A program made the position numbers and the translations under genes. From an uncultured Gammaproteobacteria bacterium (GTDB lineage: Bacteria; Pseudomonadota; Gammaproteobacteria; Magnimaribacterales; D2472), in NCBI GenBank assembly GCA_964546275.1, contig CAZJJG010000003.1, forward strand, positions 2,012-66,011: a stretch of DNA of 64,000 bases, written 5' to 3'. Shown piece by piece: positions 1 through 11,513 of this stretch (position 1 is the first letter of the stretch; each line of letters begins with the position of its first letter). The notes under the pieces are model-generated. The model did no database searches and had not been told where the DNA came from. It saw only the letters and a program-made list of their open reading frames with translations.

Positions 1-911
1 GCATTAACTTTTCCTTGGCCTATTTTTTCTCCATTATGGCTATACCAAGATCCAGCTTTTTCTATAACACCTAATTTTTGACCGAAGTCTAAAATTTCAC
101 CCTCTGAATTAATCCCTAGACCATACATAATTTGGAATTCTGCCTGTCTAAATGGAGGTGAAACCTTATTCTTAACTACTTTTACTCTTGTTTCATTTCC
201 TATAACCTCATCACCCTCTTTGACAGCACCAATCCTTCTGATATCTAGTCTTACTGATGAATAAAATTTAAGAGCATTTCCACCAGTAGTTGTCTCAGGA
301 CTTCCAAACATAACTCCTATTTTCATACGAATCTGGTTTATAAAAATTACAGTTGCTCCAGAGCGCTGGATATTTCCAGTTATCTTTCTTAAAGCCTGTG
401 ACATTAATCTTGCTTGAAGTCCAACGTGATGATCTCCCATCTCGCCTTCAATTTCTGCTCTTGGAACAAGTGCTGCTACAGAATCGATTACAACTAAATC
501 AACAGCATTTGATTTAACTAACATATCTGCTACTTCTAATGCTTGTTCGCCGGTATCTGGCTGTGAAAGAAGTAAATCATCCACGTTAACGCCTAGTTTA
601 GCTGCGTATTGAGGATCAAGAGCATGCTCAGCATCTATAAAAGCAGCTGTGCCTCCTTTTTTTTGGCATTCAGCAATTATTTGTAATGTTAGAGTTGTTT
701 TTCCTGATGATTCGGGTCCGTATATTTCTGTTACTCTTCCTTGTGGAATTCCTCCTATACCCAGAGCTATGTCTAGTCCTACTGATCCAGTAGAAATAGA
801 TGGTATATCAAGTATTTCTTTATCCCCCATTCTCATCACTGTACCTTTACCAAACTGTTTTTCAATCTGACTTAGGGTTTCTTTTAGATCTGTTTTTTTG
901 TCTGTAGCCAT
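1..911 (-). CDS. recA: Recombinase RecA (3' end runs off the window)
   Basis: Not in ORF track. Minus strand from ATG at 911 reads [23 protein letters not shown]..., includes GPESSGKTT Walker A and [26 protein letters not shown]; GGAG Shine-Dalgarno at 917-920. Confidence 0.97.
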   Translation of the reverse strand, partial: MATDKKTDLKETLSQIEKQFGKGTVMRMGDKEILDIPSISTGSVGLDIALGIGGIPQGRVTEIYGPESSGKTTLTLQIIAECQKKGGTAAFIDAEHALDPQYAAKLGVNVDDLLLSQPDTGEQALEVADMLVKSNAVDLVVIDSVAALVPRAEIEGEMGDHHVGLQARLMSQALRKITGNIQRSGATVIFINQIRMKIGVMFGSPETTTGGNALKFYSSVRLDIRRIGAVKEGDEVIGNETRVKVVKNKVSPPFRQAEFQIMYGLGINSEGEILDFGQKLGVIEKAGSWYSHNGEKIGQGKVN

Positions 912-921
912 GTTTACTCCT

Positions 922-941
922 TACTGTATGTTTGTACAGTA
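922..941. promoter_or_regulatory. LexA (SOS) box upstream of recA
   Basis: TACTGTATGTTTGTACAGTA = TACTG-N10-CAGTA, matching the gammaproteobacterial CTG-N10-CAG consensus, 11 bp upstream of the recA start. Confidence 0.88.
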
Positions 942-965
942 TAATAGAAATACTTTATAAATCAA
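938..965 (-). promoter_or_regulatory. Putative sigma70 promoter of recA
   Basis: Minus strand TTGATT (965-960), 16-nt spacer, TATACT (943-938); the -10 overlaps the SOS box. Confidence 0.55.
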
Positions 966-1027
966 ATACTATTCTACAATTTTATTTTTTTGTACGTTAA
1001 AATCAATTTTTCTTTGAAAAGTTAATT

Positions 1028-1360
1028 ATGACATTTGTTGTTACAGAGACCTGCATTAAATGCAAACTCACTGATTGTGTTGAAGTTTGTCCTGTGGATT
1101 GCTTTTATGAAGGTCCTGAATTTTTAGTAATACATCCAGATGAATGTATTGATTGTGGTCTATGCGTTCCTGAATGTCCGATAGATGCTATTTTTTCTGA
1201 TGATGAATTACCTGAGGGTCAGATTGATTTTATAGAAATAAATGCAAAACTTGCAGAAGTTTATGAAAACATTACGGAGGCTAAAGAGCCGCTTCCTGAG
1301 TCTGATAAATATAAAAATATTAAAGATAAAAAATTATTTTTAGATCTTAGCAATATTTAA
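1028..1360 (+). CDS. fdxA: 7Fe ferredoxin (FdxA / Azotobacter FdI type)
   Basis: [21 protein letters not shown]...[13 protein letters not shown] cysteine pattern. Confidence 0.93.
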   Translation: MTFVVTETCIKCKLTDCVEVCPVDCFYEGPEFLVIHPDECIDCGLCVPECPIDAIFSDDELPEGQIDFIEINAKLAEVYENITEAKEPLPESDKYKNIKDKKLFLDLSNI

Positions 1361-1361
1361 C

Positions 1362-1991
1362 TTAGTTAAAATTTAAGTCTGATATTTTGATTGGGACGCC
1401 TAACTTTCTTACTTGAAACTTTAATTTAGGCTGATTGGTTTCAGATGATCCTAAAGATGCTATTAATTCACCCTTTTTAACCTTCATACCTTTTTTTACA
1501 TAAAGCTCATCACAATGAGCATAGAGACTTAGATATTCATTTCCATGATCGATCATGATGAAATTTCCATAGCCTGGAAGAACTGCTCCAGATAAAACAA
1601 CTTCACCATCTAAAATGGCAAAAATAGGATCGCCTATCTTCCCATTAAAAATTAGCCAAAAATTACCTTCATAAGATTTTCTAATTGAGGATTTTGTAGG
1701 AAGTTTCCATGAAGGTGAAATATTTTGATCTAACTTTATAGACTCTAAATTATTAAGCAATAATTTTTGACCTGGGTAAATTAGATAAGGTTTTTTAAGA
1801 TTATTTCTAATAGCTAATTTATTTGGGCTCACATTATTTTTTAGTGCTATTGACCACAAAGTTTCATTTTCTTTAACAGTATATTGAGAAGATGAGATAA
1901 CTTCCTGATACAAGGAATCGATTGATTGCTCTAATGACGAGCATGATGTGAGAAGGATACTAACCAATACAAAAGAAGGTAGTCTATTCAT
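1362..1991 (-). CDS. nlpD: NlpD-like LysM + degenerate M23 lipoprotein (amidase activator)
   Basis: Lipobox LTSC, LysM (YTVKENETLWSIA...IYPGQKL), M23-like GYGNFIMIDH...SLYAH; lies downstream of pcm. Confidence 0.8.
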   Translation of the reverse strand: MNRLPSFVLVSILLTSCSSLEQSIDSLYQEVISSSQYTVKENETLWSIALKNNVSPNKLAIRNNLKKPYLIYPGQKLLLNNLESIKLDQNISPSWKLPTKSSIRKSYEGNFWLIFNGKIGDPIFAILDGEVVLSGAVLPGYGNFIMIDHGNEYLSLYAHCDELYVKKGMKVKKGELIASLGSSETNQPKLKFQVRKLGVPIKISDLNFN

Positions 1992-2710
1992 TAGACGATT
2001 AAAATAATTCCAGTCCCTACTATGAGTCCGCTGAAGAATATAATTAAAGAGTCTCTATATTTTTCTATAAAATACGAGATTAGTTTGGGCATTATAAATA
2101 AAGCAATTAATGCTCCAATAGCAAATGGAGCCAAAATGGTTAGGTTTAATAAAGAAATTGCTTCTATAACCGTAGTATAAAATCCAAAAACTAATAGTAT
2201 TGCGCTCCCTGATATACCTGGTATAAGAAAGAATGAAAAAGATATAAAGCCAGCAATAGCTAGGCTAAGGTTATTAATTGGAATAGTGCCATTTGATAAA
2301 TTTGATAGAAGAAAGCTTCCAATAAGCCCTAAAAAAAAGAATATCCATATATTTAAATTAGATTTAATGAGACCCATCTGCAGAACATAGCCGCCAATAA
2401 TCATTATTAAACCAAGGATGATATTAAAAATATTAGCAAACTCACTCTGAAGAAATAAAATAAGATTAGAAAAAGCGAGTACGCTTATAATCATTGCAAT
2501 AACAAATGGTATTACTAAATTAAATGCGAAGGTTTTATTTAAATGTTCTAAATTTAGAGTAATGTTCTTTATTCTTAGCTCACTAAGAATTTTTATCAAT
2601 TTTTCATATATTCCAAAAAATATTGCTACAGTGGATCCAGATATTCCAGGTAAAAGTTCTGCAAATCCAACGCAGAATCCAGCTAAAATGAATCTCAATC
2701 TTTCACTCAT
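1991..2710 (-). CDS. DUF368 membrane protein (undecaprenyl-phosphate recycling family)
   Basis: Repeated motifs GFAELLPGISGSTVA and FFLIPGISGSAILL in a polytopic hydrophobic protein. Confidence 0.85.
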   Translation of the reverse strand: MSERLRFILAGFCVGFAELLPGISGSTVAIFFGIYEKLIKILSELRIKNITLNLEHLNKTFAFNLVIPFVIAMIISVLAFSNLILFLQSEFANIFNIILGLIMIIGGYVLQMGLIKSNLNIWIFFFLGLIGSFLLSNLSNGTIPINNLSLAIAGFISFSFFLIPGISGSAILLVFGFYTTVIEAISLLNLTILAPFAIGALIALFIMPKLISYFIEKYRDSLIIFFSGLIVGTGIILIV

Positions 2711-3387
2711 TAATCTTTCCCATCCATAGATTTTCCTGGAAGCATAGGAACAAATGCAACCTCATCATGATACTCTTCCTCAAAACTATCTTTTGTCTTT
2801 GTAACTACTAACAATTTTTGTTCTTTAGAATTTCCAATAGGCATAACAATCTTTGTATTTTCTATCGAACATTCAAGTAACTCCTTTGGAAAAGCTCTTG
2901 GCGCAGCAGCACAAATAATGCCTTCATATTTATTATTAGCATCCCAGTCTTGATAACCGTCACCATGCTTGACGATAACATTGTAAATTTTTAACTCACC
3001 AAGATTTTCTCTTGATTTGATGACTAATGGCTTAATTCTTTCAATTGCATGGACTTCTTCAGAAAAATAAGACAATACAGCTGATTGATAGCCACACCCG
3101 GAACCTAATTCTAAAATATTTTTAAAAACATGCCCTCTTCCACCTGTATGAGAAATTAAAAGCTCTGTCATTTTTGCAACTATATAAGGTTGAGAAATTG
3201 TTTGTTGATATCCGATTGTAAGAGATCTATTTTCATAAGCTCTTGATCTTAAGGCCTCATCAATAAAAATATGTCTTGGGATCTGCGCCATTGCATCGAG
3301 CACTCTAAAATCTTTAATCCCCATCTCTAGGAGATTTTCTATCATCTCTTCTCTAACGCGCCTAAAAGTAAAGCCTGAACTACTCAT
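2710..3387 (-). CDS. pcm: Protein-L-isoaspartate O-methyltransferase
   Basis: QIPRHIF...AYENRSLTIGYQQTISQPYIVAKMTE...ILELGSGCGYQSAVL. Confidence 0.95.
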   Translation of the reverse strand: MSSSGFTFRRVREEMIENLLEMGIKDFRVLDAMAQIPRHIFIDEALRSRAYENRSLTIGYQQTISQPYIVAKMTELLISHTGGRGHVFKNILELGSGCGYQSAVLSYFSEEVHAIERIKPLVIKSRENLGELKIYNVIVKHGDGYQDWDANNKYEGIICAAAPRAFPKELLECSIENTKIVMPIGNSKEQKLLVVTKTKDSFEEEYHDEVAFVPMLPGKSMDGKD

Positions 3388-4133
3388 TCACAAAGAATCT
3401 TTACAAGATAATTCTTTTCTTCATCTGCCTTAGTGAGATTGTAATCAAGTATTGATAAAGATATGTAACCTGATTGGACTGCCTCAACATCAGAAAGATA
3501 TGATTCTTTAATAGCTTCGCCTTGGAGATTGTATCTATAAGTTTTGCTATTATGAGATGAAGAAATCTCAACAGGTGCAGCTGGAATTCCTCTTCGAGAT
3601 AATCGCGTAAACTTCGTTCCTTTTACATCCTTTTCTAATAAATCAGGAAAATTAATATTGAGTATTTTATTTTCAAAGCTCAAAGGATTTTTAAAAATTT
3701 TATTTACTATATCAGCTGATTTTGTTGCAATATATTCTGGGTCTTTTGCATTATAAGATGCGACAGAAATAGCTACTGGAGGGAATTTTAAACTTCTACC
3801 TCCAACAGCAGCTCCTACAGTTCCAGAATACAAAACATCATTGCCAAGATTTGCGCCATGATTGATTCCTGAAACAACAATATCAGGTTCAAAACCTAAG
3901 ACACTTAGAAGGCCAAAGTACGTGCAATCAGCAGGAGTTCCATCTACTGCATATGTATAGTCATTAATTTTTGTAATTTCTGTGTCTTTTAAAAAAGATA
4001 TTGCTGCACTCATTCCGCTGCAATTATTTGCAGGTGCAACTATCCAAACTTCATGATCTTTAGATAAAGCCTTGTATAAATTTTGAATATTTACTGCATC
4101 GTATCCATCGTCATTAGTTAATAATATTTTCAT
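3384..4133 (-). CDS. surE: 5'/3'-nucleotidase SurE
   Basis: ILLTNDDG, DGTPADC, VVSGINHGANLG, YSGTVGAA motifs. Confidence 0.96.
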   Translation of the reverse strand: MKILLTNDDGYDAVNIQNLYKALSKDHEVWIVAPANNCSGMSAAISFLKDTEITKINDYTYAVDGTPADCTYFGLLSVLGFEPDIVVSGINHGANLGNDVLYSGTVGAAVGGRSLKFPPVAISVASYNAKDPEYIATKSADIVNKIFKNPLSFENKILNINFPDLLEKDVKGTKFTRLSRRGIPAAPVEISSSHNSKTYRYNLQGEAIKESYLSDVEAVQSGYISLSILDYNLTKADEEKNYLVKILCE

Positions 4134-5278
4134 TTTTTACCTATAAGATTTACTGAAGCCTGAACAGCTATTGCTTTATTTTCTCCAATAATACCAATCT
4201 TTTCAGAAGTTGTGGCTTTTAGTCCAATGTTTGATGGATCTATTTTTAATATGCTAGAAAGTGAATTGAGAATCATATCTCTATGCGGAGATATCTTTGG
4301 TGTTTCACAGATTATGGTTGTATCAATATTAAAGATTTCTAAATCTAATTTAGCGATTTCTTTTAAACAAAAGTTAATAATTTCTATACTGTCTAAATTT
4401 TTATTATCTTCATTGGTATCTGCAAAAAATAATCCTATATCTCCAAGAGCGCTAGCACCTAGAATTGCATCAGCAATTGAATGCAAAAGAACATCTCCAT
4501 CCGAATGAGCATTAATTGAATAATCGCATTCTATAAAGCAGCCGCCTAAAATAATTCCTTTTCCAGGCTTATAGGTATGAAGGTCATACCCTATTCCAGT
4601 TCTCGTATTAAATTTTTGCAATAAATGTAAATCTTCAGCATACGTAATTTTTATATTTGAAGATTTACCTTTAACTTTAGATAGAGAATAATTCATTTTC
4701 TCCATTACAAAAGATTCATCTGGAATATTTATACCTTGATCAATAGATATTTTTAGAGCGTTGAAGAGTTTTTGACTATTGCATATCTGGGGTGTCTGGA
4801 CCAGATAGTAATTATCTTTGTTCATGGTAGCATCTGATGCTCTTGATACTTGTTTAATGGAATCTCTAACAGGAGTATAAAAAAATGAACAGTCTGAATT
4901 ATTATTAACAATATTTTCAATGATCTGCTTTATATCATCAACCTCAATATTAGGCCTTGCTACATCGTGAGTTAAAACATAATCATAATTATTTAATTCT
5001 ATGCTACTAAGAGCATTCATGACTGATTCAGCTCTTGTTAATCCGCCTTGAATTAATTCAATTTTAGGGTCATTAAAAAAATCTTGTTCTTTAATAAAAT
5101 TATCATCTTTGTTGATGGTAATAATAATTTTAGAAATTAATTCAGAAGAAAGAAATGTTGAGATGGTCTGCTCAATAATAGTTCTTCCATTTAGTTTTGA
5201 GTATTGCTTAGGATTTAATGAATTAAATCTTTCACCTGTTCCAGCAGCTGGAATAATAGCTAAAATATTATTTTTCAT
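4130..5278 (-). CDS. ispDF: Bifunctional IspD/IspF (CDP-ME synthase fused to MEcPP synthase)
   Basis: N-half IPAAGTGERF..KQY, HDVARP, QTPQ, NIKITYAED; C-half GIGYDLH, HSDGDVLLHSIADAILGA, KATTSEKIG in one frame. Start placed at the ATG of MKNNIL (5278). Confidence 0.93.
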   Translation of the reverse strand: MKNNILAIIPAAGTGERFNSLNPKQYSKLNGRTIIEQTISTFLSSELISKIIITINKDDNFIKEQDFFNDPKIELIQGGLTRAESVMNALSSIELNNYDYVLTHDVARPNIEVDDIKQIIENIVNNNSDCSFFYTPVRDSIKQVSRASDATMNKDNYYLVQTPQICNSQKLFNALKISIDQGINIPDESFVMEKMNYSLSKVKGKSSNIKITYAEDLHLLQKFNTRTGIGYDLHTYKPGKGIILGGCFIECDYSINAHSDGDVLLHSIADAILGASALGDIGLFFADTNEDNKNLDSIEIINFCLKEIAKLDLEIFNIDTTIICETPKISPHRDMILNSLSSILKIDPSNIGLKATTSEKIGIIGENKAIAVQASVNLIGKK

Positions 5279-5576
5279 CTTGTGGCTGAATTTCCTTGTC
5301 TTCAAATTTGATAAATTGTTCTTCTGGCATAGTAAGATTTAATTTTTCTCTAGCATAATTCTCTATATGCTCATTATTATCTTGTGCATTGATGATTTCA
5401 AATCTTAATTCTTCATTACTATTTCTTAATACGTTATTTCTAGTTGATAAATCTTCGTTCTCATCAATCAAACTCTTTCTTTCCTTATAGCCATTAGGGC
5501 TTATAAAAAGATTAAATATGAGTATAAGAATTATTATTAATAAAAAAATAAATAGGGAAAGAGGTAATTTCCTCAT
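5268..5576 (-). CDS. ftsB: Cell division protein FtsB (septum formation initiator)
   Basis: Single N-terminal TM, coiled coil, IENYAREKLNLTMPEEQFI; between eno and ispD. Start MRKLP overlaps the eno stop. Confidence 0.88.
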   Translation of the reverse strand: MRKLPLSLFIFLLIIILILIFNLFISPNGYKERKSLIDENEDLSTRNNVLRNSNEELRFEIINAQDNNEHIENYAREKLNLTMPEEQFIKFEDKEIQPQDEK

Positions 5577-6850
5577 TAGCCAATAGTTAGGTCTATACAT
5601 TCGTCTTCTATCCATAAAAGACGGTTATATTTTGCTACTCTATCTGATCTACATGGAGCTCCTGTTTTTATTTGTCCAACTCCAAGACCAACAGCAAGAT
5701 CAGAAATTGTTGTATCTTCAGTCTCGCCAGATCTATGAGAAATTATAGATTTATAGTTATTTAAATTTGCTAGGTTAATGGTCTGAATAGTTTCTGTTAT
5801 TGAGCCTATCTGATTAAATTTAATTAAAATTGCATTGGCTAAACCTTGATCAATACCCTCTTGAAAAATTTTCTTATTAGTGACAAACAAGTCATCACCT
5901 ACTAATTGGCATTTGGTTCCAATTTTTTCAGTTAAGATTTTCCATCCAATAAAATCATTCTCATCCATACCATCTTCTATTGAAAGGATTGGATAATTTT
6001 GAACTAAGTTTTCAAGGTAATTAGCAAAAGATTGCGAGTCTAAACTTCTACCCTCTCCCGATAATTGATATTTACCATCTCTATAAAATTCAGATGCAGC
6101 GCAATCAAGTGCAATAAAAATGTCTTTGCCAGATTCAAGATTAGACTTTTCTATAGCTTCAATAATAAGTTGAATTGCTTCTTCGTTAGATTGAAGATTA
6201 GGAGCAAATCCTCCCTCATCTCCAACTGACGTTGATAAATTTCTATCTTTTAAAATAGTTTTGAGATTCCAGTAAATTTCTGAAGACCATCTCATTGCTT
6301 CTTTAAAACTTGAAGCGCCCTTCGGTATAATCATGAATTCTTGAATATCAATATTATTATCAGCATGCTGTCCACCATTAAGAATATTTAACATTGGCAT
6401 AGGAAGACTTTGGCTTACAGTATTACCAGTAATATTCTTAAAAATATCTTTAAAATAACTATGAAGACTTATATCAACATCTTTTGCTGCAACTCTACAA
6501 ATAGCCAATGACACTGCTAGAATTGCATTTGCACCTAGATTAGATTTATCTTCAGTACCATCTAGTGCAATTAGCTGATTATCAATTTTCTCTTGCTCTA
6601 ATGGATTTTGACCTGCAAGAAGAGGGCTTATAATAAGATTTATATTATCTACAGCTTTTAGAACTCCTTTTCCCATATAAGCATCTTCGCCATCTCTTAA
6701 TTCTAGAGCTTCTTTAGCGCCAGTGGATGCACCGCTAGGCACCATAACTTCAGCTGAAAGAAAATTATCTAATAAAACTCTGCAAGCAATAGTGGGAAGA
6801 CCTCGAGAATCTAAAACTTGTATCGCTTTTATTGACGTGATTTTTGACAT
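5576..6850 (-). CDS. eno: Enolase
   Basis: [46 protein letters not shown]. Confidence 0.98.
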   Translation of the reverse strand: MSKITSIKAIQVLDSRGLPTIACRVLLDNFLSAEVMVPSGASTGAKEALELRDGEDAYMGKGVLKAVDNINLIISPLLAGQNPLEQEKIDNQLIALDGTEDKSNLGANAILAVSLAICRVAAKDVDISLHSYFKDIFKNITGNTVSQSLPMPMLNILNGGQHADNNIDIQEFMIIPKGASSFKEAMRWSSEIYWNLKTILKDRNLSTSVGDEGGFAPNLQSNEEAIQLIIEAIEKSNLESGKDIFIALDCAASEFYRDGKYQLSGEGRSLDSQSFANYLENLVQNYPILSIEDGMDENDFIGWKILTEKIGTKCQLVGDDLFVTNKKIFQEGIDQGLANAILIKFNQIGSITETIQTINLANLNNYKSIISHRSGETEDTTISDLAVGLGVGQIKTGAPCRSDRVAKYNRLLWIEDECIDLTIG

Positions 6851-6855
6851 AAATA

Positions 6856-9356
<2,501 letters not shown>

Positions 9357-9384
9357 TCAGATAATGAGTAATTGATAAATGAAA

Positions 9385-10464
9385 TTAAGCAGAATCTTCA
9401 AATAAAGGTCTAGAAAGGTCTGCCCAATCTACATCATAATCACTCTGAGCATCTTCATACTGAAGCAGGCCAAGTTTATCAAATTTATCTCTTACAGAAT
9501 CGGTAAGAAGACCAATCCTAGATAAATTAGGAACAACTCGTTGGAATAGTAATTTCTGAAACATTTTGGTGATATCTGAGGATTGTTGAAATAGTCTTGC
9601 TTCTTCAATATCCCACCCAAAATGATCAAAAACATCAGTTGATACTAATCTTTCTCGGCTTAACAGGCATGCCTCGTAAGCAAATTGTGCTCTTTCTTCA
9701 ATTTCTTCTTCAGACAAAGTTGAAATAAACTCTTCTAAATAATTAACTCCAAAAGTTACATGTCTTGATTCATCTCTAATTATCAGACCTAGCATATCTT
9801 TTAAAACTGGATCAGTAGTTAAATCTCGTGAGCTTTGAAATGCAGCTAAAGCTAAACCTTCAATAATGATTTGCATTCCAATAAATTTAAGATCCCATCT
9901 TTCATCTGTAAGAATTTTATCAAGAATTGATTTAAGAGGATTTCCAATTGGATACATTAATTTCATTCTTGTTTGTATATATTTATTAAATGCCTCTACA
10001 TGCCTTGCTTCATCAAAAGTTTGAGATGCTGCATATAATTTTGCATTAAAAGTAGGTGCGCAACTTGTTAACTGAGACGCAACTAAAACAGCACCTTGTT
10101 CTCCATGAAGAAACTGGCTCATGCTCCAAGCCTGTCTATGTTTTAAAAATTCAACTTTTTTCTCATCACTCATTTTTTGATATGGAGGATAATCATCCCA
10201 GAAAATTGGAAAAGGTTCTTTTAATTTTTCATATGGTCTATTCCAATCAATATCCATTTCAACATTCCAATTTAATTCTTTGCCTAGCTCATATAATCTT
10301 TTTATTCTATTATCTTGAATTCTATAGTCCCAATTATATGTACCTTGTAAAGGTGTACGAAATACCTCAGCTATATCTTCAGCATGCTTTTCAGTCATAT
10401 ATTCAGGAAAGTCATCTTCGTAAGTGATTTTCCTTAAATTTTCTTTTATGTAATTAATTTTCAT
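9385..10464 (-). CDS. Ferritin-like diiron protein (AurF/oxygenase-like), function unknown
   Basis: E122 (HGEQG), D-E152-A-R-H155, E202 (IIEG), D-E232-S-R-H235: the E/ExxH/E/ExxH ligand set of four-helix-bundle diiron proteins. Confidence 0.75.
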   Translation of the reverse strand: MKINYIKENLRKITYEDDFPEYMTEKHAEDIAEVFRTPLQGTYNWDYRIQDNRIKRLYELGKELNWNVEMDIDWNRPYEKLKEPFPIFWDDYPPYQKMSDEKKVEFLKHRQAWSMSQFLHGEQGAVLVASQLTSCAPTFNAKLYAASQTFDEARHVEAFNKYIQTRMKLMYPIGNPLKSILDKILTDERWDLKFIGMQIIIEGLALAAFQSSRDLTTDPVLKDMLGLIIRDESRHVTFGVNYLEEFISTLSEEEIEERAQFAYEACLLSRERLVSTDVFDHFGWDIEEARLFQQSSDITKMFQKLLFQRVVPNLSRIGLLTDSVRDKFDKLGLLQYEDAQSDYDVDWADLSRPLFEDSA

Positions 10465-11513
10465 GAATTTTTATAAATAACTTTTACTCTTGGTGTAATC
10501 CTAGTCATAAGTTCATATGAAATCAAATTATTTTGATTAGCTGTATGCTCTAATGACTTATTATCATCCCAGAAAGTACACCAATCGCCTATTTTGCAAT
10601 TAGGTATCTGAGTTATATCAATGGAAAGTAGATCCATACTTACTTGTCCACAAATATTTACTAAATAATTATTTACATTGATTTGTGTTGTATCTATTGC
10701 TGACTGTGGATAGCCATCTGCATAACCTGCATAAACAATAGCAATCGTCATTGCCTTATTTGCAATTACTCTTCCATTATATCCGACTCTATCTCCTTGC
10801 TTTAATTTTCTAATTTCAATTATTTTTGATCTGAATGACATTGCTGGCTTTAGGTTATTGTCTCCTTTAAAGCCTCCATAAATTCCAATACCTGATCTTA
10901 CCCAGTCAAAACCTTTGTCAGGAAAATTTATAATAGAGCCTGTATTTCCGATACTTTTCTCATTAGTAGTATTAATACTTGATGAGATTTTATGAAATAA
11001 ATCAAATTGCTTATTATTCAAATCATCTGAAGGATTATCAGCACATGCTAAGTGAGACATGAGTGTAAATTTTCTGTTTATTAGTTTTGAGTTATAAATT
11101 TTAAAGAATTCTTCTGGAGAAAAACCAAGTCGATTCATTCCTGTATTAACTTTTATCCATAAATTAATATCTAAATTATCTAGTGCAAATAACTGCTCGC
11201 TATTATGAACAACTAAGTCAAATTTTGATTTAGCAGCAGTATCTAAATCATTATTGTTGTAGACCCCTTGCATTAAAAGAATATTTTTTTTTGTATATTT
11301 TCTTACTCTTGCTGCCTCATCTAATCTAACAAGCCCATACCCATCAACAATATCATCTATGCTTGAAGTTATTCTCTTAAGACCATGCCCATAAGCATTA
11401 GCCTTTAGAATTGCCATAAACTTAGTATTTGGTTTTAAAAGAGATTTTAAATAAGTAATATTATTTCGAATAATATCTATATCAATCGTCAGCTCTGCCG
11501 TCGGCTCGCTCAT
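10461..11513 (-). CDS. alr: Alanine racemase
   Basis: AILKANAYGHG PLP-lysine motif, KVNTGMNRLG, GYADGYP, GQVSMD. Confidence 0.96.
   Translation of the reverse strand: MSEPTAELTIDIDIIRNNITYLKSLLKPNTKFMAILKANAYGHGLKRITSSIDDIVDGYGLVRLDEAARVRKYTKKNILLMQGVYNNNDLDTAAKSKFDLVVHNSEQLFALDNLDINLWIKVNTGMNRLGFSPEEFFKIYNSKLINRKFTLMSHLACADNPSDDLNNKQFDLFHKISSSINTTNEKSIGNTGSIINFPDKGFDWVRSGIGIYGGFKGDNNLKPAMSFRSKIIEIRKLKQGDRVGYNGRVIANKAMTIAIVYAGYADGYPQSAIDTTQINVNNYLVNICGQVSMDLLSIDITQIPNCKIGDWCTFWDDNKSLEHTANQNNLISYELMTRITPRVKVIYKNS

Noticed and set aside
1362-1991. Missing zinc-ligand motif in the M23 domain as a sign of decay
   Set aside because: Catalytically degenerate LytM domains are normal for NlpD/EnvC amidase activators.
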